Positions 13,390 through 27,017 of a stretch of DNA of 64,000 nucleotides are shown one piece after another. Below the pieces are notes generated by a model. That model had not been told where the DNA came from. It saw only the letters and a program-made list of their open reading frames with translations, and did no database searches. A program made the translations under genes and the position numbers. Numbering within the stretch: position 1 is the stretch's first letter; the number at the start of each line of letters is the position of its first letter. This DNA is from Octopus sinensis (taxonomy: Eukaryota): contig NC_043001.1 in NCBI RefSeq assembly GCF_006345805.1, positions 66,030,001 to 66,094,000 on the forward strand, read 5' to 3'.

Positions 13390-14320
13390 CCTTTGCACAG
13401 CTGATTTTTGCGTTGCATTTGTACAGAGACCTCAAGAGACAACAATTTAGAAGTTCATGTTGGTGTTATACCTAGGGTGTTATATATTTGGTTTTGTATA
13501 TAGTATTGTTCTAGAGAATGTTTAAGAATGTTTAAGAAAATAATTTTTGTTTTAAAATTTGAGATTGCATAGACAGTATTTTACGTAGGATATAGACAGT
13601 TCCCATGAGCACTATCTGCCATTTTGGTTTTTCTTGGTATCTGAGCTAGGTAGGAATCAGCCCCTTTTGCTATCATTCCTTAAGAACCTATGACAACAGG
13701 TATTGTTTTAGTCATGGGGTTCCAGATCTTGCCAATTTCTGTTTCAAGATCTTTATACTTGCACAATTTTGGGTAGATCTTGATAGATACGTTTATATCG
13801 ATTGGGATAGTCATATCAATGAGGAGGCGTTATTTTCCTCTGAAGTCTTTCAATATAATGTCTGGCCTATTTGCATCTATCTTTCTGTCAGTTTGAATGA
13901 CGAAATTTCAGAGGAGTGAGATGCGATCATTTTCAAGCACTGGAGGTAGGTTATGTTCCCACCAGTTTTTATTATCGGGCAGTTCCAGAGTTTTGCAAAT
14001 TACCCAGTGAATATATTGTGCTGCTCTATCATGCTTGCTGCTCATGGAGACAACATGATTAATGGTTTCATTTTGTTCTTGACATACACGACATGTTGGG
14101 AAGCTACCGTTCTTTAATATGTTGGCCTGGTAGTTTCTTGTAGGAAGGCATTGATCTTAGGCTGCTTTGATAAACCCTTCTGTTTCTAAATTTAATCCAC
14201 AAGCCTTTAACCATTGATGGGTAAGGGCTTTGTCAACATCGGAATTATTAGCTCTCTTTAGGTATTTGCCATTGAGAAGTCTTTCTTGCTATTTATCAGT
14301 AAGAATATTTAAGGCAGCAG

Positions 14321-14324
<4 letters not shown>
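13390..14324 (-). mobile_element. R4/Dong-like retrotransposon 3' fragment
   Basis: QWLKACGLNLETEGFIKAA, CRVCQEQNETINHV, ANRPDIILKD, KYKDLE motifs; 3' end abuts (TTA)n. Confidence 0.85.
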
Positions 14325-14354
<30 letters not shown>

Positions 14355-14398
14355 TAGTTTTATTTTTATAGCGTGCTTTCACTATAAAAATAAAACTA

Positions 14399-14432
<34 letters not shown>

Positions 14433-14464
14433 CTGCTGCCTTAGATATTCTTACTGATAAATAG

Positions 14465-14466
<2 letters not shown>
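14287..14466. repeat. Fold-back palindrome, 85-bp arms, 10-nt loop, 1 mismatch
   Basis: 14287-14371 is the reverse complement of 14382-14466 except at 14308. Confidence 0.9.
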
Positions 14467-14524
<58 letters not shown>

Positions 14525-14525
<1 letters not shown>

Positions 14526-15590
14526 TTTCCTTCTTTCTTCAAATTTTCTTCCGTTTCTCGCCGAGTGTTTTCCGTACACCTAGGGCAGAGAAGCTCATCG
14601 TATGCATTCACAGATTACACACGCAAATTCACAGGTAAAATATGTATTTAAAAAATTAATAAATAAATAAATTCATGAATGGATGTTGTTTTCACAGCGA
14701 TAATGCTCTTCTCAGTACATGAGCGGTTCCAGTAAACACGATGTTTTGCACTTCCTTTAGGGATGGTAAGCCTGGTATCATTTTCAAATAGGTTTCAGTA
14801 CCTACATTTTTTCTTACATCATTTCCAGAGATTAGCTCAGTTAATATTGACATCTCCCTTTGCAATGATTCAATTTCAGTTTCAATTCTACTCCTCCAGT
14901 TTGATTTTCTTTTCGAATTTGTTGGCTTTTTAGGCGTTAAACAGCGTCTTTCGATTACCTTAGCTACAGAGTAAATAATTTAATTTAACTTATTAAGATC
15001 GGGTTTTAGTTGTTGTATGATTTCTTGTGTAACGCTGTTCCCAATTTTTATTTTTGTTTTATGTTGGTGTGCATTTGAGAGCTTATGGAGTGGTTCCCTA
15101 TCATTCATATTTGTATGCCCTACAACTGCAAGCTCATTTAGAAATTCCTGCTTCATTTCAATGATAGGTTTTCTGTGTTGTTCAGCAAATATGTGGTCTT
15201 CAAATTCTGTTTCGACATCATTTTTCTGGTTGTTTTTTCTAGGGTCATTATATTTTTCCTTTTTCGTCAGGCTCTTGAGTGGTTTCGGCAGATGGTCGCC
15301 TTTCAGTCCAACATTCCTCCCCTTGCTTCGTTATTTCCTTCCTGACTTATATTTAGGTCATTCTCTAGAGGTTAATTCTGCATCTGTGAGTCTGGTATTT
15401 CTGAAGATATCTCTTCTAACATTTGCTCATCTGTTTTCATCCAGGTTTGGTCTGCTAATTGGATTCCGGTTCTTCCAAATTCTGTAAGAGTTTGCGCTGT
15501 TTCTCTAGGATTGGCCAACTTAATGCAAAGTAATAAGCATATATTACTTCTTTATATTCTTCCCGGTTACATTTAGTCCTTTTAAATTTT
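14525..15590 (-). mobile_element. R4/Dong-like retrotransposon 5' coding fragment
   Basis: Colinear with 19600-20450 of the full-length copy (NPNKLAN, DLNKL, NQFRKENQTGGVELKLKLNHCKGR region). Confidence 0.7.
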
Positions 15591-15869
15591 TGATTTTCTG
15601 GTTGTTGTGGTGGTGAACTTTGGGGGGCTTAATTTGGGACAAATCCCGTTTAAGTGACCTTCCAGGTTCGTATTCGGGGAAGATATTCTGCCATTTGAAA
15701 ACTTTTCGCCATCAGGTAGACGGCTTCCTGACAGGCACGCTTCATGGACAAGCGATTCGGTGTACTGTTTCAAATTTTCTTTTCAAGTAAAGTTAAATTA
15801 TTATTAAATTTTCATTTTTTTAAATATCATTTATTTATTTTTAACCACTAATCTTCATACATGGGCCGC

Positions 15870-16013
15870 ATTTATCATCATTAGCAGCAGCAGTAATTGT
15901 AGTAGCAACAGCAATATCATTATCAGCAGTAGCAGCGGCAGAGGTAATAGCAGTAGTAATGGCAGCAGCAACAGCAGCAGTAGCCGTAATAGCAGCAATA
16001 GTAGTAGTAGCAA

Positions 16014-16052
<39 letters not shown>

Positions 16053-16080
16053 TAGTAGTAATAGTAGTAGTAGTATTAGT
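15870..16080. repeat. Compound (GCA)n/(GTA)n trinucleotide tract
   Basis: Direct reading; explains the poly-Ala/Val ORF. Confidence 0.9.
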
Positions 16081-16899
16081 AAGTGCGGCTCATGTAATTT
16101 TTTTTAAAGTGAAATGGGGTCCGATTGGTCAAAAAGAGTTCAAATGTCTACTACATTGTTGTTGGAACTTGCGAACAGTGACCTTGACCTTAAGAAAAAT
16201 TAAGGAAGGGCCAGCTTACTGTGTTATTTGTGAATAGAGTTGTGTTCGATCAGAGAGAATCTATTATTAGTATCATTATTATTATTTTTTCTCCACGTAG
16301 TTTTCTGTTATTGCAATAAAATGTATGTTTGCATATTTCGGGTAGTCAGAGAAAAAATAAAGGTAATATTGTAGAGATTCAAGTTGACTTTTCTAGAGAT
16401 GCTTGTTTGTATGTCCAGTTAGAGAAAACAGTTGTGTTTTTGCAATTAAAGGGATGCTTACATTTATTTTTTAATATTCAGGGAGGAAGGAAAGAAAAGT
16501 CAAATTTTCACAGAAAGTTTTAAGATTCACCAAATATAGTCTTTTGTAAGTCCGCACAAAGAAAAGCGCGATGTCTTTAGAAAGAAGGAAAAAAAGGTTG
16601 TTTACAGAGGGAAGGATGAGTATTCAAGGCAGTTGTGGATATTAAAGTTTTTAAGCTGATCGTTTGTTTGTTTGTTTGAAAACTCTAGATATGCAAATTT
16701 GTAAATTTCTAAACCTATTTTGAAGGGAATTTTACATACTCACAGGATATTATAGATATTCCAGTCTTTGAGAGTTACTTTTTCCCCGTTGTCTCGCTGG
16801 GTCATATTAGTGTTTCTATGGTTTTCGGCTACTGAATGGTCAGAGCAGCGAGGAACACGTCCAGCCGCTGTCAAGGCCGGCCTTCTTCTTCTTCTTCTT

Positions 16900-16930
<31 letters not shown>

Positions 16931-16942
16931 TTATTATTATTA

Positions 16943-16973
<31 letters not shown>

Positions 16974-16976
<3 letters not shown>

Positions 16977-19900
16977 TAGTTTTTTTTTTATAGCGTGCTT
17001 TCACTTCACTACCGAGCGCAGCTCTGTGTGCCTTGGGTATGTGCTGGGATTTGTTGTGATGCTCTGGTGGTTATTGTATGGAAAGTGTTCTGCGTAGGAT
17101 GTGTGCAGTGCCTAGTAGTGCAATTTTCTGTATGTTATATGTGTTTGTAAGTCCTGGTGTTTTTGTTATGTATTTGTCTGAATATTTTTTTATCATGCCT
17201 AATGCACCTACTATGATAGGAATTGTTTCTGTTTTCAGATTCCACATTCTAGTTACCTCTATTTTCAGGTCTTTGTATTTTGAGAGTTTCTCCATTTCTT
17301 TTAGAGACACGTTGTCATCTGCCGGTATTGATACATCAATTAGAAAGCATTTTTTTTCTTCGTGATCTCTGACAACTATATCTGGTCTGTTGGCCTTAAT
17401 TTCTCTATCTGTGTGTATCGGCATATCCCAGAGTATGGTTGCTTTCTCGTTTTCTGTGACCTTTTCTGGTGTGTGCCTATACCATCTTTTTTCTGTTGTT
17501 ATTCCATAATGTTGGCATAGCTTCCAATGTATGTAGGTTCCAACTCTGTCATGTCTGTGAATATATTCCTTCTTAGCCAGGACTGGGCAGCTAGAGATAA
17601 TATGATTTATTGTTTCTTGTCCATCTCCACATATTCTGCAGTTACTTGTAATATTTCTTTTCATTAGATGTTTTTGGTAATTTCTGGTGGGGAGGCTTTG
17701 GTCTTGTGCTGCAATTAAAAATCCCTCTGTTTCTGCTTTGAGTCCTGAGCTTCTCAACCATTGCTGGGATTTTTCTTTGTCTGTTTCTTTTGCGTTTAGT
17801 TTAGTGCAGTATTTACCATGAAGAGGCTTTTCTTGCCATCGTTTTATCATGGTTCGTTGCTGTTCTATTTTTAGTTTGGATTTCATTTGTTTTATAGCTT
17901 TTGTTGTTTCTTCATCATCTTCTTCTTCTTCGTGTTTATTAGGTGGTATGATTTCTTGTTTGTATTTGTCAGCTTCCTTAAATACTGAGAACAGTTTTTT
18001 GTTTTGCTCGTGTTTTGCTGCTATCTGGATCAGTTTTCCTTCCTTCTGAAGTAGGTATTTTTGCAGTCCTATGGTGGTTATTTTAATAGTAGTTTTCCAG
18101 CTGTATAAGGCCTCTACCACCTTCTATACGTTGTATATATAGTCTTTCTATGTCAGATTTTGGGTGATGCATCCTAGATCCTGTCAGTATTTTTCTTGTT
18201 TTCCTATCTATTTTGGACAGTTCATTTCGTGTCCAGTTAAGGATATTGTAGCTGTAACTTATAACTGGGACAGCTAAAGTGTTGATACCTATTATCTTGT
18301 TTTTAGCATTGAGCTCTGTTTTTAGTATTGATCTAACTCGTCTATAATATTCTTTTTTATTTTCTCTTTCATTTGTGTGTGTTGTGTCTTATCTAGTTCA
18401 TGGATTCCTAAGTATTTGTAAGTTTGGCTTTGGTCTAATTCTTTTATTTCATTGGTTTTATCTAGTGTAATGTTGTTACTCTTAACTAGTTTTCCTCTTT
18501 TCATGGTTACTTTGGCGCATTTTTCTAATCCAAATTTCATATCTATTTCTTTGGTAAATCCATGAACTGTCTTTAATAGTGTTTCCAGCTGTTTGTCATT
18601 TGCAGCGTATAGTTTTAGGTCATCCATATATAAAAGGTGGCTGATCGTTTTGCCGTAACATTTATATCCGCATCCAGTTCTATTTAGCATATCAGATAGA
18701 GGTGACAGTGCCAAGCAGAAAAGGGGTGGAGAGAGCGTGCCTCCCTGGAATATTCCTCTTCTAATGGGGATGTCTTTGGTTTTCATGAGTCCCTCTTTTG
18801 TTTGCAGGTGTAGGACTGTTTGCCATTTATTCATAGAGTGCTCTATGAATTTTATGATTGTTGGTGCTTCTTTGTTAATGGCTAGTGTTTCGAGGATCCA
18901 TGTGTGGGGGATGCTATCAAACGCCTTTTTGTAGTCAATCCAGGCCATACTGAGGCCTTTCTTCTTTCTGTGGCTGTCTTCAGTTACGGCTTTATTAATC
19001 ATTAGTTGATCTTTACAGCCATATGAGCCTTTGCGGCATCCTTTCTGCTCTTCTAGGAACAGTTTGTTTTCGTCCAGGTGCTTGTTCAGCCTTTGCGATA
19101 TCACTGCAGTAAATGCCTTGAACATAGTAGGGAGGCAGGTTATTGGTCTGTAGTTTTCTGGTTTTGCTGTTTCATTTGATTTGGGAATTAAGATGGTTTT
19201 CCCCTTCGTGAGCCATTCAGGCATTGTCTCTGGCTCTGCTAGTATGCTGTTAAAGTTTTCAGCCAGCTTTTTGTGCATTCCTGTTAGATATTTCAACCAG
19301 AAGTTGGGGATCTTGTCATGCCCAGGTGTCTTCCAGTTGCTTAGTTTTTGCAGTGCCTGGGTGACCTCTTCAGTTGTTATGGGGGTCCAAAGTTGTTCAG
19401 ATGCCGAGTTTGTTATTTTGATACTCCTTTTTTTTGGCTGTTCGTTCGCCGACCATATTTCTCTCCAGAATTCTTCCAGTTCTTCTGCCGTTGGTGCTGC
19501 AGTGACTTCTATTTTATTTTTTCCAGTTCTTGGTAGAACTTTTTGGGGTGGAGTTGAACTTTTTGTTCTGTTCAAAGAAGCGTTGGCGTTTCTCGTACCG
19601 GCGGATCCTTTGAGCTTTGGCAAGGATATCTTGCTTCAGCTGTTCTTTTATCTCCGGCAAATCTTTTTCTGTGATGTTATATTTGCGGAGCATTTTTGTT
19701 CTCTTTTTGTTGCTCAGTAGCGTTGATTGTTTGCTGATTTCATTAAGAATCGACAGGTCTTTTCTATTTTTTTTTTATTTTGTTTTGGATGTTATTTATC
19801 CACAGGGTTTGTTTGGGTGCTGGTACTCCTGTTTGGGCGGGTTTGGGTGAGTATCCAGCTTCTTTTGTGGCTGCAGTGGCTGCTGCGTATATCAAGTCAT

Positions 19901-20935
19901 TTAGTTCAGTGATATCACTTTTTTTTGTTTCAGTGGCTAGTTCAGTGACGGCTAGGTTTATGCTGTTTATAATTGGTGTTGTTATTTCGTTTATTTTTAT
20001 TCTTGGGAGGTATGGTCGGTGGTCCATTTTGGGCTCTGTGGTTTTCAGTTCTTTGATTATTTTATTTTTTATATTATCATAATCATTAGGCTCCCCTTCG
20101 TTGTTTACATCGTGTTTGTTGGGAATGCTGCGTTTGTCTTCGTGTTTTACAGTTTCAGTGTTTATATTATTGGGCATTGTTATTGGCTTCTATCTACATT
20201 TTCCTGGTGTATTTTTTTCTTTTAAATGTTCTATTTCTATTTCTGATATTTTTTTGGCTTTGAGAATGTATCTTCGTACGTTAGCTAATTTATTAGGGTT
20301 CATTGCTGTATCCAAGTCTATATCTCTATTATTTTCCTTCCATATTTTATATGTATGTGTTGTTGTGTTTTCATTTTTTGGGTAGAGCATTGCTGTGAAG
20401 TATGCGTGTAAGATAGAAATGTATTCCTCACGTGTCCATTTACGTCTTTTGGGTTTTATTTGCGGGACATGAGGTACAACGTCCGGCCCATTATTTTGAC
20501 GGTCGTCATTTTCGTAGGGTACCGGTCCGTTTATTTCTGTTGTCACATTATTTCGCACGTGTAGTTTTTCGTACATTTTTTGTTGTAAGTTTAATGTACG
20601 TACCGCTCGATTGTTATTCTTGGGTTGAATAGTATCGGTGACATTTAATTTCTTCGTAGTTCCTTTGTACATGGTGTTTGAGGTCGGGGATGATCGTGAT
20701 GTTCCACGCATGTTTACATGTGTTGTGTTAGAGGTGGAGATAATATCGAGTCAAAATACATCATTTCGTTTCGAAAATAGTAATAAATTTCAATTAGTAT
20801 TACTTACTCGGATACAGTCCAATTCTTTGTTAGTAAATCTTTGGCTCCATAGGATGTCCTTGTTTTCGATGTTTGTGGATAGATTTCGGAGCTCTGTATT
20901 TTCCTTCTTACATCTTAAACGTCCCCGGTGTTCTC
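16974..20935 (-). mobile_element. Near-full-length R4/Dong-clade non-LTR retrotransposon (about 4.0 kb) inserted in (TAA)n
   Basis: Myb-like RRKWTREEY N-terminus; RT (PGHDKIP, YRPITCL, QKGCRKG, WIDYKKAFDS, GIFQGG, HLLYMDDLKL); CCHC CRICGDGQETINHIISSC; RHD; REL RPDIVV/LIDVSIP/KY. TAA repeats on both flanks; several frameshifts. Confidence 0.95.
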
Positions 20936-20949
20936 TTATTATTATTATT

Positions 20950-21437
20950 GAGTGAGAGAGCAGTGCATGCCATCAAAGTGACACTGGGGTAAAATATACG
21001 AAACCCAGGATACCCATCATGACTATCCGTCTGATAAGGGTACACTAGACACATGCATCACAACCATATGTGCCCGACATGGTGATCTCATATCAAGATA
21101 AACAGCACATGACCTTGCAGGTGGGGCCCAGTTAGAATTTTCTTCTGGTCGAGTAACCCACCCCGCTCAAAAGGTCCCTGAATAAAGGTTGTTGAAGGAT
21201 GTTGAACGAAACACCCATGTTTCCAGAGGTGAATTATTCAAACATCAAAGAATCCCTCTTAACACATGGCTATGATGCTCCCCCACTACTTCTGCTCGTG
21301 ATCAGAGATACACATATCATCAGCCACTAAGGCATATGCTCAACTGGTTAAGGTCAAACAACTGACAAGCAAATCTGTAGTATTGAGCAGAATATTTGCT
21401 GTAGCCCATCTTTTATACGAAGACAAAACAATGTACA
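20950..21437. repeat. Interspersed non-coding repeat embedded in (TTA)n, copy 2
   Basis: Similar to 12846-13308; directly abuts the 5' end of the R4 element. Confidence 0.8.
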
Positions 21438-21490
21438 TTGTTGTTGTTGTTGTTGTTATTATTATTATTATTATTATTACCATTCAGTAG

Positions 21491-21539
<49 letters not shown>

Positions 21540-21779
21540 TATTATTATTTTATTTCCATTTATTATAAGATATTATTAAATGCTTGGTTTCAACTTTTGT
21601 CTTATAATGATAAATATATGAATATTGAAGGGAATAGGTGGAGGAAGAGTAGCAGCTTGGTGAATAGACCAAATTCTACATGTCTGTAAATAGATTCGGC
21701 AGATGGTGAGGTCAGCAATGGACATTCCTGTGCGATAAGGAGACAAAAGAGGCCTCACACGCTTTGGGTCAGGAGAGGT

Positions 21780-22093
21780 CAAATATGTTTACTTCGGAAA
21801 CTGAAGACGTTAGCGATCAATGAGAGCGCTGACCTCTCCTTTTCCATCCAAAATTTCAAGGTACGTCGGCTTACTCGGCGACTTCTTACCAGCGTTGCCC
21901 TTTCATGACATTCAATAAGCGTATCGTACTCTTCTTTCGTCCACTTATGTCTGTTCTTGTGCACACCATATATGTGATCTGCTGTGACATAACAACCGCC
22001 CAAGACCAGATCACTGCCCCTGTTGTGGGCGGTTTCGGGCGTGACGGGCGGGAAATCTTCACTATGATTGGCATTATTATTATTATTATTATT

Positions 22094-22126
<33 letters not shown>

Positions 22127-23118
22127 CAGTTGTCTTATTTTTATCACGTGCTTTCATTGCACTACCGAGCGTAGCTCCGAGTGCCTTGGGTATGCGCTGT
22201 GATTTGTTGTGATGCTCGTATTTTCACTATTGAAAGTGTTTTACGCAGAATGTGTGCGGTGCGTAGTACTGCTATTTTCTGTGTTATATATACTTGTAAG
22301 TCCCGGTGTTTTTGCTATGTATTTGTCTGAATGTTTATTTATCATACCTAATGCGCCTATTATAGTAGGAATTGTTTCTGCTTTTAGGCTCGACATTCGA
22401 GTTATCTCTATTTCCAGATCTTTGTGTTTTGAAAGTTTCTCCGTTTCTTTTAGAGAAATATTGTCATGTGTTGGTATTGATACATCTGTTAGATAGCATT
22501 TTTTCTTGGTGATCACTGACAACTGTATCCGGCCTATTAGTCTTAATTCCTCTATCTGTGTGTATTAACACATCCCAGAGTATGGTTGCTTTCTCATTTT
22601 CTGTGGCCTTTTTGAGGGTGTACTTATACCATCTTTCTTCTGTTGTTATTCCATAGTTTTGGTATAACTTCCAGTGTATGTAGGTCCTAACTCTTGCTTC
22701 TCCATCACTACATATTCTGCAGTTGTATTTCTTTTCGTTACGTGTTTTTGGTAATTCCTAGCGGGAAGGCTTTGATCTAATGTTGCAATTAAAAATCCTT
22801 CAGTCTCTGCTTTGAGTCCTGAGCTTCTCAGCCATTGTTGAGATTTTACTTTGTTTATTTCTTTTCTATTTAGCTTAACTCAATAGTTGCCATGCAGGGT
22901 CATTTCTTGCAATCGTTTTATCATATGTTGCTGTTCCTGTTTTTGTTTGGATTTTGGTTGTTTTACAGCGTTTCTTGTTTACTCTTTTTCTTCATAGTTG
23001 TTAGGTACAATGACTTTTTTCTGTATTTGTTGGCTTCCTTAAAAACGGCAAGCAGTTTTTTGTTTTGCTCCTGTTTTGTGGTTATTTGTATTAGCTTTCT
23101 TTGCTTCCAAAGTAGGTA
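21780..23118 (-). mobile_element. Two R4/Dong-like fragments: a 5' piece (21780-22075) and a 3' piece (22126-23118), separated by (TTA)/(TTG)n
   Basis: HKWTKEEYDTLIEC; CYLTDVSIPTHDNISLKETEKLSKHKDLEIE; 3' UTR matches 16974-17070. Confidence 0.85.
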
Positions 23119-23119
23119 T

Positions 23120-25226
23120 CAGATAATTTTAAGCCCATCACTCTGCTTAATGCAGACATGAAAATTTTGGCCAAAGTGTTAGTGAAGAGGTTGGTGCTCG
23201 TCGTCGAGAATCTGGTTGGAGACACATCAACATGCGCCGTCTCAAACAGGTCCATCCACGACAACCTCCACCTCATGCGCTACATCGTGGATACGATAGT
23301 TAAGAAACCTTAGTGTGGGTGGAGCTCTGATCAATTTAGATCAGTGAAAGGCCTTTGATATGGTTGACCATCAATATCTGGCAGCTATTCTCACGGCGGC
23401 CAGTTTCAGCCTGGCTTTCCGCGGCTGGATCGCTGCCATGTACAGCTACATCTGCTCGGTAGTCCGGGTGAATGGTCACCTATCGGAAGCATTCAACATC
23501 GTCAACATCGTGCTTTTGGTCCCTCAAGGGTGCCCACTCTCGTCCCTTCTGTATAAACTGGCCCTCTAGCCATTACTTCGGAAACTGAAGACGTTGGGTG
23601 TCATCGCGCATGAACTAGGATGTGGGGAAGTTGTGTCGACATACGCGAACGACGTCACCATCATAGTGTCGGATGACAAGCACATAGATCTGGTTAGTAC
23701 TACTGTGAAAGAATACGAGGAAGTAACCAGAAAAATCGGTGGGTCTGCAGCTCGGCACCTGGATAGGCAGATCCATGCCGACCGACAGAGTTTTAGGAAG
23801 TTGGACGGTCGGGCCCGTAAAATTTCTCAGGGTCTGGTTCGGACCGGACCTCCAACTGGAGAAGAACTGGAGCAAGGTAACGGGCAGGGTGGCTAGTCTT
23901 ACCCAGACATGAGCCGAGAGGAAGCTATCCTTGAAAGATCTAGCAGAGGTGGTGAACACATATGTCGCCTCAGTCATTTACTATCGCCTCACCGTCGTGC
24001 CTTACCCCAATTCGTATCTGGTCAACTCGAGCGTTTGCTTTTCCGCCTCTTATGGAAGGGACGGACTCCGCTGGCCAGGCACTCCATTTGCTTTCTACAC
24101 CCTGTGAACGGTGGGCTGGGTATGCCGTGGATATTGATGCGCAGACACGCGCTAAGGATGTGGCACATCTAGCGTTTCCTCGACGACGGTGAGCAGGTGT
24201 GGTCGCCGTTTGTCAGAGTCGCTTTCCCGCAGCTCGTCTCTTTAAGTGAACTGCAATCTTGGATCAAGTGTAGACCGAGGCTGGGCGTCTGTCACCGTGA
24301 GTGTCACCAGGCGCTCATGCTCTTCATCCAGTCGGGCAATGCGGTTAGTGGAAGTTCTACTATTGCGTTGTATAGAGGGTTAGTGGTGAAAGAAAACGAC
24401 AACGTTCTTGGTGTCGATGGATTTCAACTCGCCAGTCTGTTCCAGATGACTTTCGAGTCGGGGCTTATGGATAACTTCCAAAATCCCTGATCTGGCAGTG
24501 CTACAGGGGGACTTTGCCTGTTCGAAATAAACTCCGCAGACACAGAAGTGCCGATAGTTGGATCTGCCCGAGATGGCGCAGTGCGACAAAACCGTGCACT
24601 CGTCCGGTGCCCGAGCATATCACACATATGGGTTTATGTCGAGCACCTGCTGTCACATGTAGGACGTGTCCGCTTGACGGCTGATTCCATCATGAAGATT
24701 GCCTCACCGTTCCTTTGGCCGGCAAGGAAAGGCAATTTTCATCTGTCTCGGAGCTTCAGCGAAAGAGATTGTGTGATGGTCTAGACTGAAAGGACTGAAG
24801 ACAAATAATTTTCTCTTTTGCCTACCCCTCATCAACTTTTTCAGATACCATCTGAAAAGGAAAGTGAGGGTTGAGAGAGAAGTGCTGACTTCCAGCAATT
24901 TTGTTAAAAGGTAGGTGAATGTAGCGAAGATGGTCCATGTCAACGGGCCTACTTTGAGCATGCACTTTTTAGTTTCCAAGGCTGAGAGAGAGGGAGAGAA
25001 AGATGGGGAGAGGGCTATTGCCCTCGTGATCGTGGTGCTTGTGAATTTTTTGTGGGTCCCTATGAATATTCCAGTGTTGCTTGCCACTTTTAGGCATTTT
25101 CTTTGTCATATTTTTCATGATTATTCACTTTTTACAGGACACTTTATGTAACCCCACTTTGTCCTTCATGTTTTGTAATGTCCAATCTTATTTTTGTCGG
25201 ACTTTGTGGCTAATAAAGAAAGGATA
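23120..25226 (+). mobile_element. 5'-truncated degenerate L1/Tx1-type LINE (RT to 3' end)
   Basis: FKPITLLNADMKILAKVL, KAFDMVDH, VPQGCPLS, YANDVT, LMDNFQ; aataaa followed by a (TTA)n tail. Confidence 0.9.
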
Positions 25227-25246
25227 ATTATTATTATTATTATTAA

Positions 25247-25307
<61 letters not shown>

Positions 25308-26864
25308 TAATACCTTTTAATCTTAAGTAACTCCAACATTTACTAATGTCTTTTTATATCATTTCATTTAACACGCACACTTGGCGAATAATAGAGAGAA
25401 GGGAATACAGAAACAGAAAAAAATTCGTAGGAAACAATCTGCTTTCAACAGTAAACAGTAAAAAAAAAGACTTTTAACTACGAATGACTACAATATATTT
25501 TCTTTTGTTTCTCGCTGCTAAGAATAGCGGAGGTAAACTATTACACAGAAACAGTCTCTCTTCAAAGTAGAATATCAACCAAGAGCAGCAGCTCGTCTAT
25601 TTAGTAGCGATAAGAAAAGATTATACACATACAACCATATGCACATAATGATTTATGTCTATTACAGTTATGCATATACATACACATCATTGTATGTCTG
25701 AAATATTATAAGAAATCTTTCGTTATTTTTTTCCTTCTTGCTTTCAGTCGCTTTCATTCTTAAACGAAGCTTCCTCAGAGAAAAATATAAATAACTCGCC
25801 GAAAAACATATCTTTGCTAATGTGTTAATCGTTAAAATATTCGCGCGAGAAAATAAAAAAAATACATCCTACTTTGCCAGGAAGCAGTGATAAGTTACTG
25901 TTCATATTTATTGTATTTGGCTTTTATTGTTATTAGTGTGTTTTGTTGATGTCTAATTCCTTTCGTTTTGTTTTTTTACCAATCATACCAATTAAAATGA
26001 GGCACCTACAAAACTGACATTATAGACATCTGCTAGAAACTGAATATCTTTGTTTCATATCAACATTTAGGGCACATCTATTTTCACTTTATCGACTTAC
26101 TACTAACTAACATATGTGTATTACTTGGAAATGTTGAACAAAGAAAATGGTGAAACGTTCTTTCTTAAGACTGTCATTTCAATGATAGAGCAATATTTAG
26201 GGAAAACCTACTCACTTCATCATTAGATAACCTTAACCTTTTAGTCCCTAGCGTAATTGCATGACCCTTTCTGGGATTGACGTTGTTTACAGTAATTGAT
26301 TCCACTTCCTATTCCCTGGCATCAAAATTATTAAATGCTTTAGGGTCGTTATTTTCTTTCTTTTATAATAAGGAATCACAGAGTCTACTGTGGCTCATTC
26401 AACCTTAATCTAACATTAGAATAGATTATCTGGGTGTTTTAGTGATTTTCATTTGTTATAAAACATTTACAAGAACTACGGCCGTGAGAACGCGGTGAAA
26501 AATACTTTTGATTTTTCTTAGTTGGTCAAAAAGACTAGTGCACTGGTAACTTAGTTAGTGCACCCAATCAAATAAAATGATAATAAAAAAATCTGAGGCA
26601 TTAAGTGAGATTTGTTGAGTTAAAAATAAAAGATGAATGAAAATTATCGAGTTAATTATTAAACTAATGAATTAAAACACTATCTGGAATTCGGTCAAAA
26701 TTGTTTAATAGTTTCACAATGCAGCGACAGATTTGGAAAATGTTTAGATCTATCACTATGCTTTGAACGAACACAACACATACATGACCCACAAACAAAC
26801 TGTGTACGCGTATGAGAACAGAGTATATGTATGTGTAGTGAGCATGCATATGTGTTTTATATGC

Positions 26865-26912
<48 letters not shown>

Positions 26913-27017
26913 GAAAGTGTATGTTGAAATATAGTGTATATTGAATGTATGTCTAAATATCTTATCAGAATTGCTTCTTACTCCAAAAGTTATTTGAAGT
27001 ATAATATTAATGACTGT

